DNA of 64,000 nucleotides from an uncultured Phycisphaerales bacterium (GTDB lineage: Bacteria > Planctomycetota > Phycisphaerae > Tepidisphaerales > Tepidisphaeraceae): assembly GCA_963844715.1 (NCBI GenBank), contig CAWJPJ010000006.1, positions 672,001-736,000 on the forward strand, written 5' to 3'. The notes beneath the pieces were generated by a model, which was not told where the DNA came from, made no database searches, and was given only the letters and a program-made list of their open reading frames with translations. The stretch's first letter is position 1; every line of letters begins with the position of its first letter. This document shows positions 11,170 to 22,503 of the stretch, one piece after another. The position numbers and the translations under genes were made by a program.

Positions 11170-13351
11170 ATGCGGATTGTCCGGCCCCGTCACAAGACAG
11201 TCATACCCGCTCGCGCCGTGCTCGCCGAGGCGCTCGAATCACGTTTGTTTTTGTCCGCCTCCGTGTCAAACCAGTTTTCTGCCGCCCCGACATTTATCGA
11301 CCTGGGTCCCGTCTCGCAATTGAACAGCTTTTCCGCGACCGGCGTGCAGCCCCTCAATCTTTCCGCTCCCTTTATCCCGAGCCAGATCCGCTCCGCCTAT
11401 GGCGTCAACCTGATTTCGCTTAACGGAACCACGGGTAATGGGGCGGGGCAAACTATCGCAATCGTCGACGCTTATAACGATCCGAACATCATCGCCGATA
11501 CCAATTCCTTCAGTTCCAACTTCGGGCTGTCGCAGTTCAACGGGGCCGGCGAGCCGACGCTCAAGGTTCTGAATGAATCCGGCGGAACGTCGTTGGCCGA
11601 CGTCCCCAACTCCACGCCGGGCGGCTGGGACGTTGAGGAATCCCTCGACGTCGAATGGGCTCACTCGATTGCGCCTGAGGCGAACATCGTATTATTTGAA
11701 GCCAACAGCAACTCGGGCAGCGATCTATTCACCGCCGTCGCGACGGCCGCCGATTATGCGGGAGTTTCCATGGTCTCGATGAGCTGGGGAGACGGCGAGT
11801 TCGCGGGAGAGAGCAGTTTAGATTCGTACTTCACCACACCTTCCGGGCACCAGGGAGTGACATTTGTGGCGTCCGCGGGAGACAGCGGCGACATCCCCAG
11901 TTATCCGTCTGAATCACCAAACGTCATCTCGGTAGGCGGGACGAGTTTGACCATTAATTCAGATGGCAGTTACGGCGGCGAATCAGCGTGGTCCGGGGGC
12001 GGCGGCGGTTTAAGCGCTGACGAGTCTCAGCCGTCCTACCAGGTCGGCAAGGTCAACAGCCTCACGACCGCCGCCCGCGCCGCCCCGGACGTCGCGATGG
12101 ATGCCAGCCCAAATACCGGCGTCCAGGTGTTAGATACTTATTATTACGCCGGCTATCTGGGAGTCGGCGGCACGAGCGCGGCCGCTCCCATGTGGGCCGG
12201 ACTGATCAGCATCGCCGATCAGGGGCGTCGCCCTTCAGGGCCTGCAATCTCTCAACGGACATAGCCAAACATTGCCGGACCTGTACAATTTGTCTCCCTC
12301 CTATTTCCATGACGTGATCAGCGGAAGCAACGGACAATCGGCGACCGTCGGGTACGACCTGGCAACGGGACTCGGTTCCCCCATCGCCAATCTGCTTGTC
12401 CCCGCGCTGGCGGGATATCCGACCGGACCGAAGCTTGCCTTCGCCACGCAGCCGCCAAGCAGCGTGATGTCGGGAAGCTCCATGTCGTCCATAGTTGTGG
12501 ATGTCGAGAGTGCGAACGGCTCTCTGAACACCAGCGACAATTCCAATGTCACGCTTTCCGTTTCAAATGCCCCGGCCCGCGCGAGCCTCAACGGCACGGT
12601 TACGGTCGCCGCTTCCGGCGGCGTCGCCACGTTCAGTGGTTTGTCTCTGGACGAAGGCGGTACCTATACGCTCGAAGCGAGCGACGGCAACCTGTACGTC
12701 GCCCTGTCCAATCCCATCACTGTTGTTCCCGTAGCACCCCAAGTCCTCAGCACCCAGGTCGGTAACGGCTCCGCTCAGCGATCCACGATCAGCTCCATCA
12801 GCGTCACCTTCAATGCCCCGGTCCTTCTCGGCAGCAACCCCTTCACCCTCTACCAGGAAGTGCTCAATCCCGACGGCTCAATCGACACCGGCGCATCGCC
12901 GAACAACGTCACGGACGACGTCACCGGTTCTCTCACCAACGGCGCCGCGACCCTCACGATTGCCGTCACGCCGGGCGGCGCTCTCGATCGCACCGGCTCG
13001 GATGACGCCGGGTTCTTCGTCAACGGCATCTATCAGTTGGTGCTAAACGGCGCAGGCATCGCCGATTCCACCGGCAGCGTCAAATTTGATTCCGGCGCCT
13101 CGACTGCGGCGATCTTTGCATCGAACGAGACCGGCACAGGAACATCGCCGTACTTCCACGTTCTGTTCGGCGACCTGACCGGCAGCGGCACGGTAAACGC
13201 GGGCGATTTGCGTACCTTAGGCATGGATTTTGCGTCCTCGGTCGGCGACTCGAACTACAACGCGGCCCTCGACTACAACGGGACTGGCACGATCAACGCC
13301 ATCTCGTTACGCGCTTTTGACGAGGATTACGCTGTCAGCTACGTCTATTAG
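11170..13351 (+). CDS. Secreted S53 (sedolisin/kumamolisin-like) peptidase with LEPR-XLL N-terminus and dockerin-like C-terminus; frameshift near 12230-12270
   Basis: EALESRLFLS; EESLDVEW, SAGDSG, GGTSAAAP; GYDLATGLGSP; LFGDLTGSGTVN...DYNGTGTIN repeats. Confidence 0.85.
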
Positions 13352-13381
13352 GCTCAGAGAGATGACTGGAGTGCCGCGTGT

Positions 13382-15334
13382 TTAGGGCTCCACCCAGACC
13401 AGCCCGGGGATATGCAGATCCAGTTCCCGACGGAACTCGGAAATCTCCTCGCTCATGTTGGTCTGCTCGTCGCCCTCTTCATCCTTCTGCATCCAAGTGT
13501 TGATGCCGAGGGCGACGCCTGACTCGCTGATGAGGGGTCCGCCGGAGTTTCCGTGGCGGATGAGGGCCTCGTGCTGGATCCATTGTCCGCCGTCGGTGTC
13601 GGAGACGACGCGGCCGACGGCGCCGCGGGTTAGGGTGTATTCGAAATCGCGATCCTTGAATTGGGATTCGATGTCGGGGGCGGCATTGGCCTGATCATCG
13701 GAGATGAGTTCCTTTTCGAGTTCCTTCGCGCCCAGAGCGGCGGAACCGAGGCCTGGGAATCCGGCGGCGTAGACTTCGCTGCCGCGCATTTCGCCGGCGC
13801 GGGCGGCGAGGCGGAAGTATTTTTGGTTCGGGCGGGAAATCCTCAGGACGGCCAGATCGAATTTGGGGCTGATGTAGACGACCTTGGCCTCGTACTGGTC
13901 GCGCCCGAAAAAGACCCAGACTCGGGATTCGATTTCGATGTTGGTACGCTGGAACAATTCTTTTTGAAAATCGGGATCGTCGAGTATTTCCTTCTCGGCG
14001 ACGACGTGATGATTGGTCAGCAGATACCCCGTGGGCGTGACGGCGAAGCATGAACCGGATACGAAGGGCTGCTCGAAGGTGCGTCCGTCGGGAAGGATCG
14101 CCTGGCAGCCCAGGACGACGAACCCGACGGAGGCCCCCACCGCTGTCTCATCCCGCGGGCTGGTTACAAACGGCGCATTGCGATCCGGCGCGGCGGCTGC
14201 GGCGGGCGCGGAGTCGGTGGCGCTGGCTAGCTGGGCATCGGGCGCGTCGGTTGCGGCGAGCTTGGCGGGCTCCGCCGGCGCTTTCGGAACCGGCGGCTTA
14301 GGAATAGGGGGTGATAAAAGATCATCGCAGGAAATCTCGGTGTAGACTTTGACGTCCGGCGCGCCCAGCGAAGGGTCGTCGGACCGGGCGGGCATTTTGG
14401 TCAAGCCGTCGTCGATGACGTCGGTGTTGAAATCCCATCCCGCGCCGTCCGGGGTCCGCGCGACGTCCACGGCGAGGCGCTTCACCTTGACCAACACCGT
14501 AACAATCGAACCCGGCAACTTTGAGATCAAATCCGCGTTGTTCGTATAGATCTTGATCGGCCCCCAATACTGCATGCGGGTTTGCTCCGCGGTGAGGAGT
14601 TGGGTCTGGCCGGCCGTAAGCGCCTGGCCGGAACTGGCCAGATCGTTGCGGGCGGCGGCGATTTCGGAATTGAGTTCGGAGATCTGCGCTGTCAGCGCGG
14701 CCGTGCCGGGTCCGGAATAAACGCTCAACACATTATTCCCGCTCTGTCCGGCTTGCCCGGCGGCTCGCTCGTGCATCGACGCAAATTGATAGTTGCTCTG
14801 CGCCTCGCTCAACTGGCTTTGCAGCGATTCGAGCCGGCTGCTCGCGGAATCGTACTGATCCTGTCGCGGCTTGAGCGCTATGCGATCGCCATTCGTCAGG
14901 GCGACACGATCATCAGAAAATAGATGGCCGTCCACGCAAATCACGCCTTGCGAACTCACTGTTACGTTCTCGATGATCACCTTGGCGCTGGCGTTGGAAT
15001 CGGCCAGTTGGGTGATTGAGGCCGCCGCCGTGGCGCCTTTGTTGTCGAGCCATTCCTGAGTGGCCGAGGGGGTCCACAAGAGGCCGATGGAGCCGGAGAA
15101 ATCCTCGCGCACTTGTGTCTCGAGGGCGTGAATGCGCAGGGAGAGGTCGGGGAGATGCGCGGCGAGGTCTGTGGATTGCGAAGGCTGAGTCTGTGCCGGT
15201 TGGGTCGCGGCCTCGGCGGCACGCTCGGCCTGGCGCTCATGCAGACGATCCATCGCTTCTTCGACGCTCATCTGCGCGTGCGCGGTCGCGCAAAATGCAA
15301 GCGACAGCAAAATACACGAAACCCAGCGGCCCAT
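13382..15334 (-). CDS. Secreted trypsin-like (S1) serine protease with N-terminal coiled-coil region
   Basis: Signal peptide; LTNHHV, DLAVL and GNSGGP catalytic triad motifs. Confidence 0.85.
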   Translation of the reverse strand: MGRWVSCILLSLAFCATAHAQMSVEEAMDRLHERQAERAAEAATQPAQTQPSQSTDLAAHLPDLSLRIHALETQVREDFSGSIGLLWTPSATQEWLDNKGATAAASITQLADSNASAKVIIENVTVSSQGVICVDGHLFSDDRVALTNGDRIALKPRQDQYDSASSRLESLQSQLSEAQSNYQFASMHERAAGQAGQSGNNVLSVYSGPGTAALTAQISELNSEIAAARNDLASSGQALTAGQTQLLTAEQTRMQYWGPIKIYTNNADLISKLPGSIVTVLVKVKRLAVDVARTPDGAGWDFNTDVIDDGLTKMPARSDDPSLGAPDVKVYTEISCDDLLSPPIPKPPVPKAPAEPAKLAATDAPDAQLASATDSAPAAAAAPDRNAPFVTSPRDETAVGASVGFVVLGCQAILPDGRTFEQPFVSGSCFAVTPTGYLLTNHHVVAEKEILDDPDFQKELFQRTNIEIESRVWVFFGRDQYEAKVVYISPKFDLAVLRISRPNQKYFRLAARAGEMRGSEVYAAGFPGLGSAALGAKELEKELISDDQANAAPDIESQFKDRDFEYTLTRGAVGRVVSDTDGGQWIQHEALIRHGNSGGPLISESGVALGINTWMQKDEEGDEQTNMSEEISEFRRELDLHIPGLVWVEP

Positions 15335-15442
15335 GTTCGTCTCCCGACATTCAGAAAGGCGAGTGTAGATTATCCGAGTTAATGTTGGATTTGCGAAAAG
15401 ACCCGGCGGAATTGACAGGGCAGCCGAGAAATGATGGGAAAT

Positions 15443-16828
15443 TTAGATGGTCCGAGCCCGCCGGCGGGGTTTGATCCCGGCCGCCGTAGCCAAACCAGTC
15501 ATCGTTAGCATCGCCGGCCAGAATGCCGCTGGGAGGGGGACGGCGGTTACGCCTGTGCCGCCGCCGGTGTTGCCGGAGGTTCCGCCACCGTTACCGCCGG
15601 TGCCGGAGATGGTGCCGCCCGGCGTCAGGAGGAAGCCTTCGAAGTTTCCGTTGAATTCGCCCATGCCGATGATGTCCCCGTTGCTATTGACTCCGGCGGC
15701 GGAGATCAAAGTCCACCCGCTGTCGGCGGCAAGCAGCGAATTCAGGTCGACCATCGTCGTGCCCGTGTCCACGAAGGCGTGATAATCACCGTCGGCCGTG
15801 AGGGATGTTCCTACGATCTCGCCGGAATCGTTGATCGCGGTGGCGATGCTGAAGGCTCCGCCGAGGGTGCCGAGATCGGTCATGATCTTGGTCGCGCTAT
15901 CGTAGAGGAACCCGTGCCCGACCGTAAAGGCGAGCGACGGTTCGCTGATGGCGATCCCGCCGATTCCGCTTCCTAGAACAGCGGCTTCCTGATCAAGAGT
16001 GAGAGTCGCCTTGCCGGAGCCCGTGGGAGGCGGGGTGGTATCACCAGACCATCCGACGACTTCGCCAGAATCGTTGATTCCGGTGGCTGCGCTGTAATTG
16101 CTTGAGGGGAGTGTACCCAGATCGAGAAGAGAGCCGCCGCTGAATTCGAAGGCGTGCCCGCCCGCGCCGCTGCTGCCGTTGTATGACGAAAATCCCACCG
16201 CCACGCCGCTCGAATTGATCGCGTCGGCGATGGTATCGGTATAGAGGCCCGGGAGGGGGCCGAACTCGGTCAGCGTTCCGTTATATATGTAGCCCGCCGA
16301 TTTTCCCTGAGCGATGCTCAGGGACCCGGCTAACGCTCCGGAGGAATTGACGCCGAGGACCGATCCATTGGAGAGGATGCTCGATATGGCGCCGGTGACG
16401 CCGAGAGGTGTGGACAAATTAGTCAGCGTTCCACCCTGATAAGAGAAAGGCTCGAACCCGGTCGATGCGGTCGCTTCGCCTACTATTTCACCGTTGTCGT
16501 TGATGGCGTCGGGAAACGCGTAGGAGATGCCTTTGGGATCGGCTCCGAAGTTTGGAATGAGCGTCGCTGAGGACGTCGTGAAGAGGTATCCGCCTTCGCC
16601 CCCCCCGGCGGAGTTAAAGGAGACGCCGGACAGTCCCGTGGCGGTAACTGTGACGTCGTCCGCAAGCCCGACGATTTGATCGCTCTCGTTCAGACTGAAT
16701 GGGACGGTGATGTCGTCGCCGGAAGGCGGGGTTATGCCCGTGACTATGTAGTCCGTCGCGGCTCGACACACTCCCGGCAGCAGGGCAATTCCTGCCATGG
16801 CAACAAGCCAAGATTTGGCACGAGGCAT
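15443..16828 (-). CDS. Extracellular HAF-repeat protein with VPLPA-CTERM (PEP-CTERM-like) sorting signal
   Basis: Repeated AINDSGEIVG...HAF...DLGTL units; C-terminal VPLPAAFW + TM + RRR. Confidence 0.85.
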   Translation of the reverse strand: MPRAKSWLVAMAGIALLPGVCRAATDYIVTGITPPSGDDITVPFSLNESDQIVGLADDVTVTATGLSGVSFNSAGGGEGGYLFTTSSATLIPNFGADPKGISYAFPDAINDNGEIVGEATASTGFEPFSYQGGTLTNLSTPLGVTGAISSILSNGSVLGVNSSGALAGSLSIAQGKSAGYIYNGTLTEFGPLPGLYTDTIADAINSSGVAVGFSSYNGSSGAGGHAFEFSGGSLLDLGTLPSSNYSAATGINDSGEVVGWSGDTTPPPTGSGKATLTLDQEAAVLGSGIGGIAISEPSLAFTVGHGFLYDSATKIMTDLGTLGGAFSIATAINDSGEIVGTSLTADGDYHAFVDTGTTMVDLNSLLAADSGWTLISAAGVNSNGDIIGMGEFNGNFEGFLLTPGGTISGTGGNGGGTSGNTGGGTGVTAVPLPAAFWPAMLTMTGLATAAGIKPRRRARTI

Positions 16829-16913
16829 TTCTCCTCTCCCTTCACACCGACTCGACACTGCGTTTGGTTCGCCCCGTAACTGCACCCACGGGGCTGATAC
16901 GATAAGCCCCTAA

Positions 16914-16942
16914 ATAGTCGCAGGGAGGCAAATTGCTGTCAA
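16914..16942 (-). promoter_or_regulatory. Putative sigma70 promoter for the HAF-repeat gene
   Basis: Minus strand reads TTGACA-17 nt-GACTAT. Confidence 0.45.
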
Positions 16943-17026
16943 TTAAAATTTTCCGTTCTGATTCTTATTGACCGAAGAGAAAGCGAAGGGTTGGATATTA
17001 GCCGCCTAAATATTGGATGTCCTCAA

Positions 17027-17377
17027 ATGACTGAGCTAGGCATCATCATCGGTTCGACCTGGATCTTCGCGGCTTCGGTGATTATCGCCATATGCATCCC
17101 GCTGGCCCGGGGCAAAATCCCGCCGAACCGGTATTACGGCATGCGATTCCCTGAGTCATTCGCGTCGGTTGACGCATGGTACGCCATCAATCGATATGGC
17201 GGACGGCGGATGATCGTCTGGGCGGTCCCCATATTGGTTCTGGGCATCGCCATTCTCTTTCTCCCAATCGCGCCGCTAATGGCCTCCCTAATGGTGCCCG
17301 TGGTTATCGTTTTGGTGCTGATCCCGACGATCATGACGATGCGTTACGCCAACCGCTATGGAAGAGGCGAGCGATAG
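17027..17377 (+). CDS. SdpI/YhfL-family membrane protein
   Basis: KIPPNRYYGMR...WYAINRYGG motif between TM helices. Confidence 0.8.
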   Translation: MTELGIIIGSTWIFAASVIIAICIPLARGKIPPNRYYGMRFPESFASVDAWYAINRYGGRRMIVWAVPILVLGIAILFLPIAPLMASLMVPVVIVLVLIPTIMTMRYANRYGRGER

Positions 17378-17387
17378 CGGAAGCCGT

Positions 17388-17819
17388 TCAGGGTTGGTCG
17401 TTTCCGATCATCTCGCCATTCGTCGGCCGCGGGTTCTTTTGGGACATGACCCAGACAATCAGCAGGATGTAGCCCGCGGCCAGGCAGGACCAGGTGACCC
17501 AGGGAGTCTGCGGCTGGTCGGACACCTGCGACGGATCGTTGGGATCGAGATATCCTGACATCAGGCGGATGTTGTATTCCTGCGACCATTTGAATTTGGA
17601 AACGGTTGTGTAGGCGAGGCTGCCGATCGTGAGCAATCCCCAGAGGATGGCCAGAGTCGCGATGACTTCCGCGCGGCGATGGCGTCGGATGTTAGCCAGT
17701 ATGAGCACGACGAAGACCATCACGCCGGTGACGGCGACCTCGGCGGCACAGAGGAGCATCATCGCCAGATTGCTCTGGGAATTGTCGGTGTTGTCGGCGT
17801 AGGCGAGAATGGAAAGCAT
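17388..17819 (-). CDS. Hypothetical membrane protein (3 TM)
   Basis: 143 aa ORF with hydrophobic segments. Confidence 0.65.
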   Translation of the reverse strand: MLSILAYADNTDNSQSNLAMMLLCAAEVAVTGVMVFVVLILANIRRHRRAEVIATLAILWGLLTIGSLAYTTVSKFKWSQEYNIRLMSGYLDPNDPSQVSDQPQTPWVTWSCLAAGYILLIVWVMSQKNPRPTNGEMIGNDQP

Positions 17820-18368
17820 TCGGGAATATTACGACGGGAGAGCGGTCGTGTAACCATGAAGTCGATTTTCTCAATCTGCGTGTTGATGGTTGGGTCCGCC
17901 TTATTGCTGGGGGGCGCCCCTCCGCTGACGAGCAATCCGCGTTAAATTCCGGATACGACACGGCCATCGCCGACTTGCGGCATCATTGGTGGGACCCTGA
18001 CAACGATATTCCCCGAATTCGGCCCACGCGCGGCGGTAATTCTTCGCCGACCTCCTGCGATGTGGGAATGATCAACAACAATGCACGCCGTCCCAGCTTC
18101 TGGCAGATGACGCACTTTGCCAATGTTCAATATTGGAATTGGAAGATCACTCATTCGCCGGCGATGAAGGCGGAGATCAAGTCGGAGTGGAGATACCTCC
18201 ACAACGTCTATACCGACGACGAAATCGCCTCGGGCGGCAAATCCGCGGGCATCGTCAATGTCTCCGACGACGCGGCATGGGAACTGAACTATCTGATGCA
18301 GATTCATGATGTAACGGGATATTCGCTGGCGATGGACGATGCCAGAGCGCTTCTGCGAAACACACTAG

Positions 18369-19743
18369 CAGGACGCTGAAAAACTCGGGAGTTGGCGCAT
18401 TTTCCTGTCTGTTGGCCGCTTTTCAATGGCGGGTTCCATCTCGGATCGTTCCAAGGGCTTCAGTTCGTTCGAGTTCGTTGGCGGATTGCATGCCCAGGTT
18501 GAGTTTCACACGGTACTCAGGTTGCGCATCCGGATCAGATTGAACGCCGCCCCGGCCAGGTGGGCCTGCTGGCCGGTTTTTGAATGTCCGATCAACCGGG
18601 TGCGATACAGGCCGCCGATCGTCTTGGCCCAGCCGATCCATTCCTCGATCTTCTTGCGGCAACGCTGGCTGATGGCGTAACCGAGGGTCTTGGCGCGCCG
18701 ACGCATCCGCTGGCGGGCCGCGATGTTGGCTCGGTTCTTCCAGCGATAGGCGGCGGTGTCGCCGCCGATCTTGCCCTCCTTCACCGCCACGTGCGGACGG
18801 ATTCTTCTTCGCTCCAGCCCACGCAACAGCGGACCCTGGTCGTACCCCTTGTCGGCCCCAACCGTCTTGGGTTTGAGCCCAAAACGTTTCTTGACCCGAT
18901 CGATCAGCGACAACGCGGTGACCGGCTCGCTGTTCTCCAGCGGCGAGTTGACTTCCACCGCCAGCACCAGCCCGTGGCGGTTCTCCACGATCGCGTGCAG
19001 CGCATGGCTGAGCAACGCCGGCTTGCCGTCGCTCTTGCGGACCAGCTTCGCGTCGGAATCGGTGGTTGATTCGTGGGTGTCGTTGGACCGCTTCTGGCCG
19101 TGGAAGTCCACCTCGGCGTTGCGGCCCTTAAAACCGTTGTTATCTCCCGCATCATTGTCTTTTTTGTCCTTTTCATCCCTGGGTTTGAAGCTCTTGATCG
19201 ACGCATACGCCTCGATCAGCGAGCCATCCACCGAGAAGTGGTCGGGGCTGACCAGTCCCGCGGCGATGGCCCGACGCACCGTGCCGTCGAAAAACGCGCC
19301 GATCAGCCCGTGCTCTTCCAGCCGCCCGCGATTGTGCGAGAAGACGGTGGCGTCGAATACCTCTTCGTCGATCCGCAGGTCCAAAAACCAACGGAACAGC
19401 AGGTCGTGATCAATCCGTTCCACGAGCTGCGCCTCGGAGCGAATCGAATAGATCGATTGCAAAAGCAACGCCTTGATCAGCCGCTCCGGCGGCACGCTGG
19501 GCCGGCCTTCGGCCGCGTAGGCGGCATCAAAACGCCGACTCATGGCCTTCAAGTCTTCATCGACCATGCGCTTCACGGCCCGCAGCGGATGATCAGGACG
19601 GACGCGTTGTTCCAGATCGATGGCCGCGATGAACAAAATGGATTGGGGATCGGCCTTGCCTCGCATGAATGACCTCCGTGTCTGGGTGTCACACAGTTCA
19701 GCGCCACCGAGAACATTCGTCAAGAGGGTTTTTCAGCGTCCTG
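18369..19743 (-). mobile_element. IS5/IS1182-type insertion sequence, 1375 bp
   Basis: Perfect 16 bp terminal IRs CAGGACGCTGAAAAAC (18369-18384 and 19728-19743) flanked by CTAG at 18365-18368 and 19744-19747. Confidence 0.95.
18506..19666 (-). CDS. DDE transposase (IS5 family, DUF772-type N-terminus)
   Basis: RPDHPLR, GRPSVPPERL, SVDGSLIEA, GADKGYD, RKKIEEWIGWAK; uninterrupted 386 aa. Confidence 0.93.
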   Translation of the reverse strand: MRGKADPQSILFIAAIDLEQRVRPDHPLRAVKRMVDEDLKAMSRRFDAAYAAEGRPSVPPERLIKALLLQSIYSIRSEAQLVERIDHDLLFRWFLDLRIDEEVFDATVFSHNRGRLEEHGLIGAFFDGTVRRAIAAGLVSPDHFSVDGSLIEAYASIKSFKPRDEKDKKDNDAGDNNGFKGRNAEVDFHGQKRSNDTHESTTDSDAKLVRKSDGKPALLSHALHAIVENRHGLVLAVEVNSPLENSEPVTALSLIDRVKKRFGLKPKTVGADKGYDQGPLLRGLERRRIRPHVAVKEGKIGGDTAAYRWKNRANIAARQRMRRRAKTLGYAISQRCRKKIEEWIGWAKTIGGLYRTRLIGHSKTGQQAHLAGAAFNLIRMRNLSTV

Positions 19744-20942
19744 CTAGAGCGGTTCGCAGACCCGAACACGCCGCGGGTTCATTATGGAGCGATCAGCGCG
19801 TCACCCTATGGAATTCTTTACGCGACGCCGACGGGCGATCCGGACCATCAGGGGCGCTCGACGACATTTGAAATCATGATGGCCAATGACGCGCTATACA
19901 TCTATCAGCAGACCCACGACGCCGATTACCTCAATTACGCGATCGGGACTTACGGCTGGACGAAAAAGTACATGAAGCATCCGGAGCGCGGGTATTACTA
20001 TTGCGAACTGGACATCAGGCCGACGGTTAACGGAGCGAGAAATCCGCATTACCTTGTTCCCATGGGAGACTATTACGGGCCGCCGGTTCGCGGGCTCAGT
20101 TCGAGCTATAGCGGCGGGACGATGGCCATGGCGGTCGCGGCCGCACGTCTCTACAGAATCACCGGCGATCAACAATATCTGGACGAGGCACAAAAGATCA
20201 CCGAGGATTATGTCGGCCGCCGCGCAGTTCTGGCGGCCGGGCGATCTGTTCGTGAATGAGAGGGACGGGTGGACGGATGGTTACTGGGCGCCGTATTTCG
20301 CCGACGAGGTGCTTGCTCTGCCGGGGGTCGATCCGACCGGATTGTGGAAGATGTGTTTGCGGAACACCGCCCTATCGATCATCGCACAAAGAACGCCGGA
20401 TGGTTTCTACGGCGCCGATTGGAGCGGACCGGAGCTGAATACGAACGATCACACGATGACCTGGGAGGAGCAAGCCAGGCGGGGAAGGGGTTCAGGCGAA
20501 GGAATGGCCCTGCCGGGGCAGATCATGACGTCGTCGAACTCCGCCGCGATGATCACGGCGGCGGAAATCGCTGGGAAGGATCATTAATCCCGGCGTTTTT
20601 CAATTCCTACGCTTATCCTTAACATTCAGCCAGGGTGAGGCCGAAATCTCAGCCCCACATCGACAATGACGCGCATAAATTAAGCAAAAGCAGAGATTTG
20701 AAGGCGACTGCCTACCCAGAGCCTCCTCGATAATTCGCCGATTCAGCCGCTGGTCAGTGTAGTTATCGCATTTTTGTGCTGTCGCATGGACTGCAATTGT
20801 TTGCATCATCTGGAGGCGACGTATAATCTTCGTCCGCCGACCACTACGGTTGTGGAGCGAACGACGAATAGGCCATCGCGGCTTGCGGCCGGCATGCCGG
20901 GAGTGGCGCGGAACCAATCTGCACTTCCGAATGGGAGGGATC

Positions 20943-22260
20943 ATGCGCGCGACACTAAACATTTTAAAATGGCTTGCGCTAGTTCCCCTGGCGGGTCTCT
21001 TCGGGTGCGCGGGAACGCGCTCAGCGAAGACTTCGCGGATTATTCCAGAATTTACGGCGATTCGATGAATAAGCAATTGCTGTTAAACCTTGCAAGAGAA
21101 AGCCACAACGAGCCGGTTTATTTCATCCAATTGGCCTCGATAAGCTCGCAATACCAATTCACAACGTCAACGGGCTTCAACGCCTCACATACCCGGACGG
21201 CGCCACCAAACCAAGGCGCCGCCGACGAGGTTCAGAACGCCCTCACGTTGGGAGGCACCATCAACGCAGGCGTTCAGCAGACTCCCGTGTTCAGTTTCCT
21301 TCCTCTCAACGGCGCTACCTACGCCCAAACGCTTGCAACCCCAATTCCGGCAAAGGTCTTCAATGAACTCTACGACCAGGGATTTCCGGCGGACATGCTT
21401 TTACGGGTTATGGTGGATGAGATTCGGATCAAAGGCGGCGCTCCGGCACGCACCCCCAGTATCTTAGAAATAATCCGTACGATGCGACCTATCCCGCTTT
21501 CTTGAGGTTTTGCGACAATATGTTTTATGCACAGCGCGCTCATGCGGTGATTGCGGCCACGCCGGACACCGGTGACGCGAAGACCGCCGATCCCGTCGCG
21601 AAGAGACTCAAAGGACCGACCACGGTTTTCTCGGCGCCCAGGGCGAAGCTGCGCGATATCGTTGCGGCATACGACGCCAAACTCGATGTGAAATACGACA
21701 CCAATGGATATACGATAACAAAGCCTTCGGACGACCTACAATTGGTTCTGAACGACAACCCCTCTGATGAGGAATTGGAAAATCACTGCCCGAAGGCATT
21801 TGCAAATCAGTATTTTGGGGACGCAGCAAAAGCCGAATTCAGATTTCGGTCATTCGAGGCGGTCATGTATTGCGTCGCGAAGGAAGAGGGTTATTTCGAG
21901 GATCTGGCGAAGCCCGAAAATCAGGGCGGAGGCGGTATTACATTCGAAAATAACCGCGAGCTTATTGCGTGCGTGCCTGCAAATGGTTCCGAGCTAAGCC
22001 CAGGTTGCAGAGTCAGACCCATCCTTACGATCAAGTATGGCGACGAGCAACGCGCGGATCTCCGAAAAACGGCCGAAATCTGGTACGAGGGCGAATGCTA
22101 CACGATAGGCGATCCGGCTGGTGAAGGCTCGGGGGAGACGTTTAAAAAGAATCACTTCGCCGACAACCGGACGGCTTTCACACTGATTGCGTATCTGTTC
22201 TCCGAAGTCGCGGTAGACACGAAGAATTTGCCGCCGCAACAACTGATTCAGGTGCAATAA
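20943..22260 (+). CDS. Hypothetical lipoprotein (frameshifts near 21040 and 21460)
   Basis: RBS GGAGGG, lipobox LAGLFGC, continuing through ORFs 20774-21505 and 21502-22260. Confidence 0.6.
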
Positions 22261-22503
22261 CCGGAAGCGATCCCATACAGGGTGAGAGCGGTTATTGCCA
22301 TGCGGCGCTTTCCTGCAATTTGGCTCCGCGCACATACCGACCGCAAAACATTATCTCCCATGGAGTCGCAGGAACTCTACGATCTGCATAAATCATGCAC
22401 ATTGCGGAGCTCGCACGTGAACCCCGCCGATTGAGGTCGGATTGAAAGTTCCCAGCGCGTCCATTTTCTCCTGGCAGAAGAGGGCGTGTCTCGCATTGCG
22501 TTC

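Larger units (their letters stand above)
17856..20587 (+). pseudogene. Secreted glycoside hydrolase family 76-like protein interrupted by an IS5-family element
   Basis: Signal peptide at 17856; SDDAAW motif; removing the IS restores ...RNTL-ERFADP in frame; further frameshifts near 17940 and 20220. Confidence 0.7.
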
